Source of the DNA: a virus
Taxonomy: Duplodnaviria; Heunggongvirae; Uroviricota; Caudoviricetes
DNA: 17,170 nucleotides
Strand: one strand, 5' to 3'
Virus record (IMG/VR): IMGVR_UViG_3300037245_003487
Span: 105,441 to 122,610 of that record
A program made the translations under genes and the position numbers. The notes under the pieces were generated by a model, which made no database searches, had not been told where the DNA came from, and saw only the letters and a program-made list of their open reading frames with translations. Position 1 is the stretch's first letter; each line of letters opens with the position of its first letter. Shown here piece by piece: positions 1 to 8,961 of this stretch.

Positions 1-81
1 TGTAACAGGCTCCACAGTGGGATCTGTTATAACCTTAAAAACTCTATTACCTTTGATGTCTACCTTAGCTTCTGATAACAT
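1..81 (-). CDS. Head-tail connector protein (HK97 gp6 / phiE125 gp8-like), N-terminal fragment running off the left edge
   Basis: Manual translation from the ATG at 81-79 (TAATG overlap with the upstream stop) gives MLSEAKVDIKGNRVFKVITDPTVEPVT. 'vit.P.vEPVT' is the typical N-terminal motif of this connector family, and the position after the capsid genes fits. Confidence 0.65.
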   Translation of the reverse strand, partial: MLSEAKVDIKGNRVFKVITDPTVEPVT

Positions 82-419
82 TATTTACCTTTTTTTGTTG
101 TTTTCTTTACTGTTGTTTTCTTAGCAACAGGTTTTCCTGTATAAACAGGTTTGGTTTCCTTCTTTACTTCAACATTTTTATTTACAGGAACTTCCATAGC
201 CTTATTTTTTGGGGCTACTTCCATTTTCTTTTCTTTAATCTGTTCTTCAACTTCTTTAATATCTTCAATTACAAGGTTAACTGGAACAGCTACCTTGAGT
301 CCTGAAACAAATGCTCTGTAAAGAGATTCGGGAACATCATATTCTTGGTTAACTAGATAAGTTTCAATAGTTTTACCATCTGGTGATCCTTGTTCTGTTT
401 TTAACATTTTAATTTTCAT
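81..419 (-). CDS. Hypothetical phage protein with Lys-rich low-complexity C-terminus
   Basis: 112-aa ORF with a GAGG RBS, co-oriented and translationally coupled to the next gene. The N-terminus MKIKMLKT..GSPDG resembles small proteins found between capsid and connector genes. The tail is KKTTVKKTTKKGK. Confidence 0.8.
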   Translation of the reverse strand: MKIKMLKTEQGSPDGKTIETYLVNQEYDVPESLYRAFVSGLKVAVPVNLVIEDIKEVEEQIKEKKMEVAPKNKAMEVPVNKNVEVKKETKPVYTGKPVAKKTTVKKTTKKGK

Positions 420-433
420 AAAAATTCCTCAAA

Positions 434-1045
434 TTAGACTAAGCTTTCTGTATTAGTGTCACCCTTTGCTACAATTCCCCAAAGGTTTCCGCCTGTTCCT
501 TGAATACCAAGCAACTCTATAAAACCTGTTGAATTAGCTGAAGTGAACATTTCAATTATTGATATATCAGAACATGCGCTCATTAAATCAATAACACTAG
601 CACCTGATCCTAAGCCTTCAGCTGCGCCACCACAGTGAATTGATAAATCAACAAGAGTACTCGTGTAAGAACCACCACCACCAAGAACAATTATTTTCAT
701 TCTTTGGCCAACGAAATTTGCACTACAAAGCCTAAGACTAAGTGTTGATGCTTGAGCGCCACTTACATCTATCATAATTACACCATATCCTGATGGAATT
801 ATTGGATGTGCGCTATCGCCAGCTATAGCATCTGAAAGAACAGATCCTGTAGTTGATTGATTACCAAAAACATAAACTTTATTGCTTGCTAATGCAGCAT
901 TCATCTGTACGTCTGTATATGTTTCATTGAAAAAAGTAAATGTTGATCCGTCCTCCATGTTGATTTTGCCACCATCAGCAACAACAAATTCATCACCTTC
1001 TCTTTTATGGTAAACTTTTTGATTATTATATGTATTGTCTGCCAT
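434..1045 (-). CDS. Putative head decoration / head fibre protein
   Basis: 203-aa Gly/Ser/Thr-rich ORF with a strong AGGAG RBS. The N-terminal 'Y..KVY.K..GDEFVVA.GG.I..E.G' motif resembles post-capsid accessory proteins. The product is an inference from context. Confidence 0.55.
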   Translation of the reverse strand: MADNTYNNQKVYHKREGDEFVVADGGKINMEDGSTFTFFNETYTDVQMNAALASNKVYVFGNQSTTGSVLSDAIAGDSAHPIIPSGYGVIMIDVSGAQASTLSLRLCSANFVGQRMKIIVLGGGGSYTSTLVDLSIHCGGAAEGLGSGASVIDLMSACSDISIIEMFTSANSTGFIELLGIQGTGGNLWGIVAKGDTNTESLV

Positions 1046-1064
1046 TATTTTCTCCTAATATTAT

Positions 1065-1092
1065 ACAGGGCCATAAAGACCCTGTTGTTTTT
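1065..1092. terminator. Intergenic stem-loop, possible intrinsic terminator or mRNA stability hairpin
   Basis: ACAGGG (1065-1070) pairs with CCCTGT (1080-1085). It is followed by TGTTTTT on the + strand only, so it looks like a terminator only in the antisense direction. Confidence 0.4.
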
Positions 1093-1113
1093 AATTATTA
1101 TTTACTGTTACTG

Positions 1114-1632
1114 TTAGCTAATATTTACTGGTGTATTAATTGGCCAGTCACCTGGTTGTCCAAGCATCCATAAAGCACCCATATCAACAGCTGAAGCGCC
1201 ACCAACATTAGATAGTTTAAATCTAATATATCTATGCGCTGCGTCACCTTTATATCCAACTGTGAATACATAAGAAGCTTGTGTGGACCCTGTAAATTCA
1301 GTACCTGATGCTATTGATAAAAATACTCCAGTTTCACCTGTTGAATCATATCCGCCTACTACTGAATGAACTAGCATACTACCTGGAACATTACTCCATG
1401 CACTTACACCTGCAGCGCTTGCTAAACCATGCTGTATTACTAAAATTAAGTAATCACCTGCACCATTTGCTCCACCTGAACAGATACTTGTTAGTGTACC
1501 AGTTAATGTAGCTGCGTTAAATCCTCTTAAATCTATTGTGTTTCCATTTGTCGCTCCAGCTGTTCCATCGTCTGGTCCAGTAGGAATTGCGTTATACCAA
1601 CCAAAATTAGAAAATTGATCTTTAAAAGACAT
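1114..1632 (-). CDS. Putative capsid decoration / cement protein
   Basis: 172-aa beta-rich ORF with an AGGAG RBS. The motifs 'KD..SN', 'NG..IDL.GF' and 'VGYKG...RYIR' are typical of small proteins encoded just after HK97-type major capsid genes. Confidence 0.6.
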   Translation of the reverse strand: MSFKDQFSNFGWYNAIPTGPDDGTAGATNGNTIDLRGFNAATLTGTLTSICSGGANGAGDYLILVIQHGLASAAGVSAWSNVPGSMLVHSVVGGYDSTGETGVFLSIASGTEFTGSTQASYVFTVGYKGDAAHRYIRFKLSNVGGASAVDMGALWMLGQPGDWPINTPVNIS

Positions 1633-1657
1633 ATATTTCTCCTATATTTATTTTATT

Positions 1658-2527
1658 TTATGTGCTATATTTAGCACCTTTACTTAAATTATCCTTCGCC
1701 CATAATGGCTGAAGGTTTTTGTAATGGAAGCATTTTTGTTGCTCACTTTCTTGTGTCAAATCATATAAAGCGCAAGGTTTTAAATGATCTATATGTATTT
1801 CACCATTCATGAATGCTTCCCATGTCATGTCTGGAGTGAATAGCGATTTGAAGTAGGTTGTGAATTGTTCTATTGTACAACCTAGTAATTGTAATGAACT
1901 GCATGTTTTATTCACATCTTTTCTTTTTAATGCATCTCTAATTCTAGTACTAATTTTCTTTTTAATTTGGTACTGTTCATTATTTTTCTTTTTTATAGAA
2001 TCACAATTTTTACAAATTGCCTTTAACCCATTCCCATTTTTATGAAAATATTCTAACGTATGCGGTATTTGTTTTTTGCAAACATTACATATTTTTAAAG
2101 TTTCTCCAGTTTTTGGATCAATTAATGGGGTCTCTATTTCAATTCCATTTTCTATTTCTTGCAACTGTTTCTTCAACTTCCTAATTCTATAAGCTTCGCT
2201 TTGCTTATTCTTTCTGGATTCCAAATTATCATATTTTCTATGTAGCTCCAGCGACTTTTTTTTTCTTTCCTCACCTAAAATAGGATCATTGAAGTATTTT
2301 TTTCTACTTAATTTTCTTTTTTCTTTATTGTTTTTTTCATATAACGCACCTGTTATTTTATGCCTAGCCTTAACTTCTGGAATTTTATTCCTTTCTTTAT
2401 AATGGCCAGAATAACAAGTTTTACAACTATTCATAACTCCATATTTACAGCCAGAATGTTTGTAAAAAAAATTTAATGTAGCAGATAATTCTTTTTTGCA
2501 CTTAGTACAAATTTTTGTTTTATTCAT
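1658..2527 (-). CDS. Free-standing HNH (homing-type) endonuclease with two Zn-ribbon modules
   Basis: The C-terminal HIDHLKP...NLQPLWAKDNLSKG is an HNH core, preceded by LLGCT...F...MTW. There are two CxxC...CKxC modules at aa 7-38 and 147-175. Confidence 0.85.
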   Translation of the reverse strand: MNKTKICTKCKKELSATLNFFYKHSGCKYGVMNSCKTCYSGHYKERNKIPEVKARHKITGALYEKNNKEKRKLSRKKYFNDPILGEERKKKSLELHRKYDNLESRKNKQSEAYRIRKLKKQLQEIENGIEIETPLIDPKTGETLKICNVCKKQIPHTLEYFHKNGNGLKAICKNCDSIKKKNNEQYQIKKKISTRIRDALKRKDVNKTCSSLQLLGCTIEQFTTYFKSLFTPDMTWEAFMNGEIHIDHLKPCALYDLTQESEQQKCFHYKNLQPLWAKDNLSKGAKYST

Positions 2528-2542
2528 ATTTTCTCCTGCTAC

Positions 2543-2571
2543 ATTATATCATAATTTAATTATATTGTAAA
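2543..2571 (-). promoter_or_regulatory. Sigma70-type promoter for the HNH gene
   Basis: On the minus strand: TTTACA (2571-2566), 17 nt, TATAAT (2548-2543), with an extended -10 TG. An AGGAG RBS and the ATG at 2527 follow. Confidence 0.65.
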
Positions 2572-2602
2572 GTGTTATAATTTACGTTAACATTTTATTT
2601 AC

Positions 2603-3994
2603 TTATGCCGAGATAACTCCCAATTTTAGGGCTTCTGTGATTCTAAGGTCTCCGCCAGTTCTACGTCTTGTATAAAATTTTACAAAAGGAACTACAGTAT
2701 AAGGATCTCTAAGAACTGAGATGCCTAATCTATCAACTATCTGATATGATTTTGACCAATCACTTAAGGCTACTGCTAAAGCACCTGCTGCAACTATAGG
2801 CATATCTGCTGCCATTCTTACAGGAAAACCCATTATTGTATCTGCTCTATCTTCTGAAATACCATTTTTCCATATGTAATCACCAATACCATTCTTGAGC
2901 AAAAGTGCTGCAAGCACTGTTGTTCTATTCATTAGCCATGTACCATTTCCGTGATATTGCTCTTTCATGGCATATTTAATATTTTTAAACCCATCAGCTG
3001 TCAATGCGTTAGCTGCACCCATAGCTACTTGTTCTACAGTAGTTGGAGTTGTGCCATCAGCATAACTCAAGAAACCCATTGGTTTTCCTTGACCATCACC
3101 TGATACAAATGCAGTTGCTTCAGTCCTTGCAAATTTCTCTGCAACTTTACCAGCTAACCATTGTTCAATATTGATAGCTGAATCTTCAAGTAATTGCTGT
3201 GTCGCTCTAGGAGCTGCATACATTTCATGAACGAATATTTTTTTCATTCCCATATCAGGTGTTGCTGTCTCAGGTCTATTTCCTGTTTCTGAAACCCAGC
3301 CGCAAGCCGCTTCATCATTATCAGTAGGGAATTCAATAGAATCTGTACTAATAGATGTAACTGCTGCAAGTTGTCTGATAGGTGAAGTTTCATATAAAGT
3401 TTGAATAATCTTAGCACCAGTCGCTGGGGTTACTGTATAACCGCCATGAGGCTGAACTCCAACTGAAAGTGTTTTGATTTGTTCAGGAGTTATGCCACTT
3501 CCATCTCTATCACTACCTTTAATTAAGTATTGCTCAAAATTCTTAACATACTCTTTATATTCTTCGCCTGTATAGTCCATATTTTCAAGTATAAATCTTG
3601 ATGTGTCTTTTTTTTGGGTAGCTCTACAAGCAATAAAATGATCCTGAACTTCTTTTATAGAAACAGGACTTTCTTCATTAGCTCTAATTCCACCAGGTCT
3701 TTTTACTAACAATTCAAAATCATCCATTCTTTTCTTAAATTCAGCTTCTTTAGCTTCTTTTGCAACAAAAACTGCATCCAGTTCTTCTTTTCTAGTTACA
3801 ATAGCTTCTTTTAATTTTTCTATTTTAGTTTTATCAGCATATTTTGAATCATTTTCATCTTGAGCTGATTTAACTTCTTTTCTTAATTCTTCATAATTCT
3901 TCTTAACAGCGTCGTAATCGCCACCTAATCTTTTAATTTCAACAAGTGTATCTTCATGCACTTTTGTTTCATTTATGCTTGTTTCGTCAGACAT
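2603..3994 (-). CDS. Major capsid protein, HK97 family
   Basis: 463 aa with an N-terminal coiled-coil delta domain, then GGYTVTP, SPIRQLA, WVSETG.RPET, LLEDSAINIEQWL, 'E..AFVSGDG..KPMGFL' and LRDPYT..PFVKFY..RR.GG. Confidence 0.95.
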   Translation of the reverse strand: MSDETSINETKVHEDTLVEIKRLGGDYDAVKKNYEELRKEVKSAQDENDSKYADKTKIEKLKEAIVTRKEELDAVFVAKEAKEAEFKKRMDDFELLVKRPGGIRANEESPVSIKEVQDHFIACRATQKKDTSRFILENMDYTGEEYKEYVKNFEQYLIKGSDRDGSGITPEQIKTLSVGVQPHGGYTVTPATGAKIIQTLYETSPIRQLAAVTSISTDSIEFPTDNDEAACGWVSETGNRPETATPDMGMKKIFVHEMYAAPRATQQLLEDSAINIEQWLAGKVAEKFARTEATAFVSGDGQGKPMGFLSYADGTTPTTVEQVAMGAANALTADGFKNIKYAMKEQYHGNGTWLMNRTTVLAALLLKNGIGDYIWKNGISEDRADTIMGFPVRMAADMPIVAAGALAVALSDWSKSYQIVDRLGISVLRDPYTVVPFVKFYTRRRTGGDLRITEALKLGVISA

Positions 3995-4024
3995 ATTTTC
4001 TCCTATCTGTTTTAGATGAATGTA

Positions 4025-4765
4025 TCATCTTATTTTTTTTAGTTTGTTTAAAAGTTCCTCAGTATGTTTTTTACCGAGTTCCAAATTGACTTTTTCGTCA
4101 ACTATCATCTGTAATTCTTCATCAGTTAAGAAATTGCCTCTCGCAAACGCCTTTTCCTTACAAAGTCCTACAATATATTTAGCTGCGTTTACTGTCATGC
4201 TACATTCATCTCGCAATGCCATTTCTAGTTCACGCTCATTTTTTGCTTCTTCTATAATACTCTTTACATTTGTAACACTTGCTCTAATATTAGAAGGAAA
4301 AGTTACAATTGAAATTTCCCATAAATCTAATTTATTTAAAAATCTTATTCCTTTTTTATCATCCCATTCAACTGCATCCTCTAATCTATTGCCTTTATCA
4401 TCTCTTGCGATATCAAATCCAATAGACAATCCTTTTAATGCACCTTGTTTTAATAATGAATGAGCTTCTCTTGCTCTCTGGACTTCTAAATTTAATTGAC
4501 CCTGAACCTTTAGTCCTTTAGAATTTTCTACTAATTCTTCCCAGACACCAATTGGCTCATCAGATCTATGTTGATATAATAAAACAACTCCAGTACCATT
4601 TCTACCACCATTTGCTATAGATTCTTTAAAAGCTCCTTGTCTTATTACATCCCCATGAGAATCTGGTTTTCCGCCAAATGTAGATCCATAACCAGTAAAT
4701 ACTCCTTCATCACTTACATCTTCTGCTTTTATTTCAAAAGGAATTTTTTTATATTCAAGTTTCAT
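4025..4765 (-). CDS. Prohead maturation protease, HK97 family
   Basis: Motifs FTGYGS.F...DSHGDVI..GAF, LLYQH, PIGVW, LKGLSIGF and LWEISIVTFPSN. It lies directly upstream of the capsid gene. Confidence 0.95.
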   Translation of the reverse strand: MKLEYKKIPFEIKAEDVSDEGVFTGYGSTFGGKPDSHGDVIRQGAFKESIANGGRNGTGVVLLYQHRSDEPIGVWEELVENSKGLKVQGQLNLEVQRAREAHSLLKQGALKGLSIGFDIARDDKGNRLEDAVEWDDKKGIRFLNKLDLWEISIVTFPSNIRASVTNVKSIIEEAKNERELEMALRDECSMTVNAAKYIVGLCKEKAFARGNFLTDEELQMIVDEKVNLELGKKHTEELLNKLKKIR

Positions 4766-5043
4766 TACACTGCCGCCTTTTCAGGTATGCTGCTTAAATC
4801 AATACTATTAAGTTCTATTAGTGCTTGATTAGCCTTGGCTTTAGCGTCATTAATTTTAGCCTTAATATCTTTTAGTGCTATAATTGTTTTGTAGTCTTGC
4901 GCTGCAACTTCATTATGGCCAATATTAAGTTTTCCTAAGTCTAAAGCTCCATTACCAACTTCATCCCAAGCTATTACATCTTTAAGTTCTGTTGGCGATA
5001 TCTCTATGATGAAATTATTATCAGTCTTTCCAATAACCTTCAT
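4765..5043 (-). CDS. Hypothetical protein
   Basis: 92-aa ORF coupled by TAATG overlaps at both ends, with a helical C-terminus. Confidence 0.7.
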   Translation of the reverse strand: MKVIGKTDNNFIIEISPTELKDVIAWDEVGNGALDLGKLNIGHNEVAAQDYKTIIALKDIKAKINDAKAKANQALIELNSIDLSSIPEKAAV

Positions 5044-5336
5044 TAAAACCTCCTGGTCTTTTCTGCTTTTAATTGTTTATCATCGTCCAAGATGATTTTA
5101 TACATCGGCATATCTTTACCTTCTGGAATCTCATCAAACAACTCATTACATACTGCATCATATTCAAAACTATCTAATACAAACATAAATTCACATCTAA
5201 GAATTATCATTTTACCCATTAGTTTCATAACCAATTCAGGCTCTTGTATAATCAATGCTCTGTTTAATCTAAAAGATCCCCTTTTCTCACTTAAAGATAA
5301 AGTTTTTTCTTTTTCATCACTCACTATCATCTCCAT
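5043..5336 (-). CDS. Hypothetical phage protein (start uncertain: ATG 5336, ATG 5330 or GTG 5324; the ORF track start at 5381 is probably too long)
   Basis: Its stop is coupled to the next ORF. A GGAG lies 6 nt before the GTG at 5324, overlapping the portal stop. Confidence 0.7.
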   Translation of the reverse strand: MEMIVSDEKEKTLSLSEKRGSFRLNRALIIQEPELVMKLMGKMIILRCEFMFVLDSFEYDAVCNELFDEIPEGKDMPMYKIILDDDKQLKAEKTRRF

Positions 5337-7095
5337 CACTTGGTTCTTTCTCTGGTTGGCTGTTATTAAGCTCACCATCATCTTCTATATCAGCATTCTG
5401 AGTTTTACCCAATACAGGAGTTAAAACTGGACCAGGCTGCAGTATAGTATAATTCAGGGGAACTAAGATAACATCACTGCCGTCTAGATCGTCCATACCA
5501 AGTATTCTTCTTTTTTCATTTATTGTTAGGAAATCACTTTTCTGCATTCTTTCCCATAATCTTTCACGTTTAATAGATAATGCAGGTATTTTTTCTAGAT
5601 CGAAATCTAAAAATAATTTCTCTGGATTATCTACTCCAAAGATCCAGTTATTCAACTCTTCTTTGATAATATTTAAGTAGGATACTACTGTATCTTCCCA
5701 AAAAATCATTCTTGCTGTTTCAAAATTACTGTTATGAACAACAATTCCATCTGCAATAAAGTTATGACTTCCTTCTACTTCTATATCAAAAACATCTTCT
5801 GCTTCTAATTCATTTATTTCTTTTATTTCAGAGAAATTTAAATATTCAATTGGTATAATATAACCAGCTAAATTACCTCGATGATCCTCATAAGGATTAG
5901 TGTGCATTTCAACAATAACATCACCAACTTTTAATCTTCCAACTTGAACATAAGTTAAATAATACTTATCCTGATATGTTTTTCTAACAAGTACTGGATG
6001 ATTATTAGTAGCTTTAAGCGTATTGTTTTCAGCAATAATTTCATAAAGTACTTTATGTCCAGTTTTCATTTGTTCAAGAACTTTTCTTTCTTCAAGTCTA
6101 TTACCGACTAATGAATAAACATAGTCTCCAACTGAAAGCTCTGAAATGCTTCTTAAACCTTTTGATGTTGCAACTTTAGCATAGGATGGTAAACAATAAG
6201 TACTATCGCCTATAATACCAAGCATTTGAGGTGGAACACCCCATCCTGAAGAAATGCCCCTTGCTAATTCCCTATTAGATTCCATGAAATCCAATTCTTT
6301 TGGAGTCCAATTATAAGGAACTACTTTAGCTCCATTCTCAACTATCAAATTACTTCCAGCACCATTAGCGCCAGAATGTTTATCTTTTAAAAGGTTTTCA
6401 AGTCTATCATATTGTTGATCACTTAATGTGCCATCAACTGTAAATACTAAACCTGGTCTACCCTCATTTTCAAGTATTTTCTTTTGCCATTCTATAGCTT
6501 CATTCGAAGTATCAATTTCTCTCATTAATGCTTTTATTGGAGATGCACCCCAGAAGTCATCTAATGGATTTGGTAATTTTGAATGTAAAACATCAGAATC
6601 ACCTGAAACTGGATCAATTTTAAATGGTATTGCTTTGTCAAAAGTATAACTATCTAATCCGCCAGTATTAGGATTAGTATTAATCTGCATTTTATCGGGT
6701 CTTAATGTATAAAGTTCTCTAGGATATTTCTCATTACCAATCATAACTCTTTCTAAAAAAGAATTACCACTTGCTAATAAATAAATAACCCACTTAAAAA
6801 GAACTGCATTAAATGTTTCATGAGGATTAGCTTTTTTTAAAAGATTCATTATTTCGTGATCTTCAACTTTATCTATCTTATCATTATTCCATTTAAAAAG
6901 CTTCCATGTTACATTACTTATAGACTGAGCAATCATAAACATAGCTCTAAAACAAATCCTATTTTTAAGATATGTCTCAGCTATAAATTGTTCATAATTA
7001 TCAGGAGTCCAATGAGCACTGCCCATTTTAGTATTAATAATCTGTGTTCTGCTTTCTTTTATGTGTCTTGGTTTAAATATATTTAAAAAACCCAT
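5317..7095 (-). CDS. Portal protein, HK97 family, intein-containing precursor (592 aa; about 437 aa after splicing)
   Basis: Motifs NPHET, 'YLLASGNSF', LRPDKM, 'DDFWGASPI', 'S.PKELDFME', 'GVPPQMLG', TY/SNFE and 'FLTINEKR..LG'. It lies upstream of the protease and capsid genes. Confidence 0.95.
   Translation of the reverse strand: MGFLNIFKPRHIKESRTQIINTKMGSAHWTPDNYEQFIAETYLKNRICFRAMFMIAQSISNVTWKLFKWNNDKIDKVEDHEIMNLLKKANPHETFNAVLFKWVIYLLASGNSFLERVMIGNEKYPRELYTLRPDKMQINTNPNTGGLDSYTFDKAIPFKIDPVSGDSDVLHSKLPNPLDDFWGASPIKALMREIDTSNEAIEWQKKILENEGRPGLVFTVDGTLSDQQYDRLENLLKDKHSGANGAGSNLIVENGAKVVPYNWTPKELDFMESNRELARGISSGWGVPPQMLGIIGDSTYCLPSYAKVATSKGLRSISELSVGDYVYSLVGNRLEERKVLEQMKTGHKVLYEIIAENNTLKATNNHPVLVRKTYQDKYYLTYVQVGRLKVGDVIVEMHTNPYEDHRGNLAGYIIPIEYLNFSEIKEINELEAEDVFDIEVEGSHNFIADGIVVHNSNFETARMIFWEDTVVSYLNIIKEELNNWIFGVDNPEKLFLDFDLEKIPALSIKRERLWERMQKSDFLTINEKRRILGMDDLDGSDVILVPLNYTILQPGPVLTPVLGKTQNADIEDDGELNNSQPEKEPSDGDDSE
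5731..6195 (-). mobile_element. Mini-intein (155 aa, Cys301-Asn455) in the portal protein
   Basis: It starts CLPSYAKVATSKG (block A, with VGDYVY), has ATNNHPVLV (block B TxxH) and DVFDIEVEGSHNFIADGIVVHN (blocks F/G), and is followed by a +1 Ser. Removing it restores the portal motif GDSTY-SNFE. It is too short to hold a LAGLIDADG domain. Confidence 0.95.
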
Positions 7096-7103
7096 TTTCT
7101 ACC

Positions 7104-8525
7104 CTATATCGATCTTATTATTCTATTTTGAAAACCTAAATCAGTTTTGTATATTGGCTGATCAAATCCATCATTGGTTAAAGTATTATCACTACCTGTT
7201 ATTGGCTCCGCAAATTGCTCTTCTCCAATATATAGCTTTCTATAATCAAGAAACTTAGTTGCGTTTTGTGGGTGAACACCATCATTCAGTCCATAATAGA
7301 CCCTAGTAATGTCCTCACTGTTAAATGTTTGACCTGATAAGTCAGATACTAATTGTCCCCCGACCCATATTTTTAATGTTCCTGCTGCATAATCAAGATG
7401 GTATTCAAGGGGAATCCAAATATTTTCTATCAATGTTGGGTAATTATTATTCATTGCATTTGCAGAAGTAGCTATAACAACTCTATTTTTTGTTATATCA
7501 CCAGTTCCTTCTACAACTTGTGTATACTCTGCTTGAACAGTTGCACTATTTAACCAATTAAAACCAATAGTGTTTTCAATCATGAATAAAACAAACTTAT
7601 CATCATAATCATGATTTACATCAAAGTTTAAGGGTAATTTAAATTCAAAATATCCCCAAATTTCACCGTTTTTTAATCTATTTGGTACAGCGGATGACCT
7701 GCCACAACCACAAGCATTCCCATTAAAATTATATCTTGTATAATCTGTTCCCACTTGAGTTATAGATGTTATTTCATCAGTTCCGCCAATCCCAGTACCT
7801 AAAGAATATTCACTAAACTCTGCAAATCCCCCTAAATCATAAGGACTGTAATTAGTCCATTTAGCTGGTTTTGTTCCGTATCCGTTGTATAATGCTAAAA
7901 TTAGTCCATCGGAAGGAACTGAGCCTGTCCAAGAATATACCCTGGGGTCACATAATTCAACACCGCCTAAAAATCCTGCTGGATCATCGTAAGCATTAAC
8001 AATCATCTCACCTTCGACTTTTAGAGTCTGTCCAAGCGTTTTTATATGCACGCCATCTAAATATACTTTCATGCTGCCAACGCCATTATAGACCAAAACC
8101 AAATGGTGCCATGTTGCAAAATCATACTCAGTAGCTGCTAAAATATCTCCGCTGGGAGTATCAATAGTACCATCCCATGATCTTACTGCCGTACCGCTAG
8201 TGGCTTTCCATCTCATTATGCACCCTTGATGTAATATCTGGTGCCTAAAAAGAAATGAAATAACAGGATTTGAAACACTTGGTATTCCTGCAACATTTCT
8301 TAAAACGTCCTTCCCTGTTCGTGATCCTTTCTTATAGCCTCGTTTGTGAAGACCAATATAACTTCTATCAGTCATTCCTATCAATGGGTTTAAAGTATTT
8401 GATTTACACCATCTTATATCGTTGTCACCATCATAAGGAGTTAGATGTTTACCACCTACAATATCATTTAATGTAGATCCTGTGCCTTCATCACAAGGCC
8501 AGTGGTGTTTTAGTGTTACTGCCAT
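7104..8525 (-). CDS. LamG / concanavalin A-like lectin-domain virion protein
   Basis: HWPCDEGTGSTLND and TWHHLVLVYNG...KVYLDG are LamG-like signatures. A second ConA-like segment (WIPLEYHL...GTLKIWVGG) lies in the C-terminal half. Confidence 0.75.
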   Translation of the reverse strand: MAVTLKHHWPCDEGTGSTLNDIVGGKHLTPYDGDNDIRWCKSNTLNPLIGMTDRSYIGLHKRGYKKGSRTGKDVLRNVAGIPSVSNPVISFLFRHQILHQGCIMRWKATSGTAVRSWDGTIDTPSGDILAATEYDFATWHHLVLVYNGVGSMKVYLDGVHIKTLGQTLKVEGEMIVNAYDDPAGFLGGVELCDPRVYSWTGSVPSDGLILALYNGYGTKPAKWTNYSPYDLGGFAEFSEYSLGTGIGGTDEITSITQVGTDYTRYNFNGNACGCGRSSAVPNRLKNGEIWGYFEFKLPLNFDVNHDYDDKFVLFMIENTIGFNWLNSATVQAEYTQVVEGTGDITKNRVVIATSANAMNNNYPTLIENIWIPLEYHLDYAAGTLKIWVGGQLVSDLSGQTFNSEDITRVYYGLNDGVHPQNATKFLDYRKLYIGEEQFAEPITGSDNTLTNDGFDQPIYKTDLGFQNRIIRSI

Positions 8526-8556
8526 TTATTATTTTCCACCCTTTCTTAAATTATCC

Positions 8557-8952
8557 TCAGCCCAGTACGGCCCAACCAATTACTCTTAAACTCAACTCAT
8601 TTGCACCACTTTTACATGAAAGTGTAAAAATCATCTTTTCATCGCTTTCAAATACTAAAGGATCGAGATAATCAACCCATAAATTTTGCGATCCAATTAT
8701 TGCATAACTTAAAAGAGTCATGTTAAAAATAGTACTTAAATTACCGCTTTGACTTGTTGCTACTATAAAATCTTCTGTTGATGCAAAAGCAGACGAACAA
8801 CGAACTCTTATTTCTTTAAGCTCCCATCTTTTACCAATATCTATTGTTTTTTCTAATATACCATCATCTCCATTGGCTGCAAAAAACGTAAACTGTGTTT
8901 TTCTATCATAAGGTGTCATAACCTCAGTGTCAAAATCACTATAATTTCCCAT
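8557..8952 (-). CDS. Hypothetical, probable virion protein (paralog of 11490-11888)
   Basis: 131-aa ORF, co-oriented, alignable by eye with the 132-aa ORF. Confidence 0.75.
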   Translation of the reverse strand: MGNYSDFDTEVMTPYDRKTQFTFFAANGDDGILEKTIDIGKRWELKEIRVRCSSAFASTEDFIVATSQSGNLSTIFNMTLLSYAIIGSQNLWVDYLDPLVFESDEKMIFTLSCKSGANELSLRVIGWAVLG

Positions 8953-8961
8953 TATTTTTCC

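Noticed and set aside
1658-2527. The HNH genes as group I intron-encoded ORFs
   Set aside because: The flanking capsid and terL genes are complete with normal C-termini, and the intergenic gaps are too short for an intron core.
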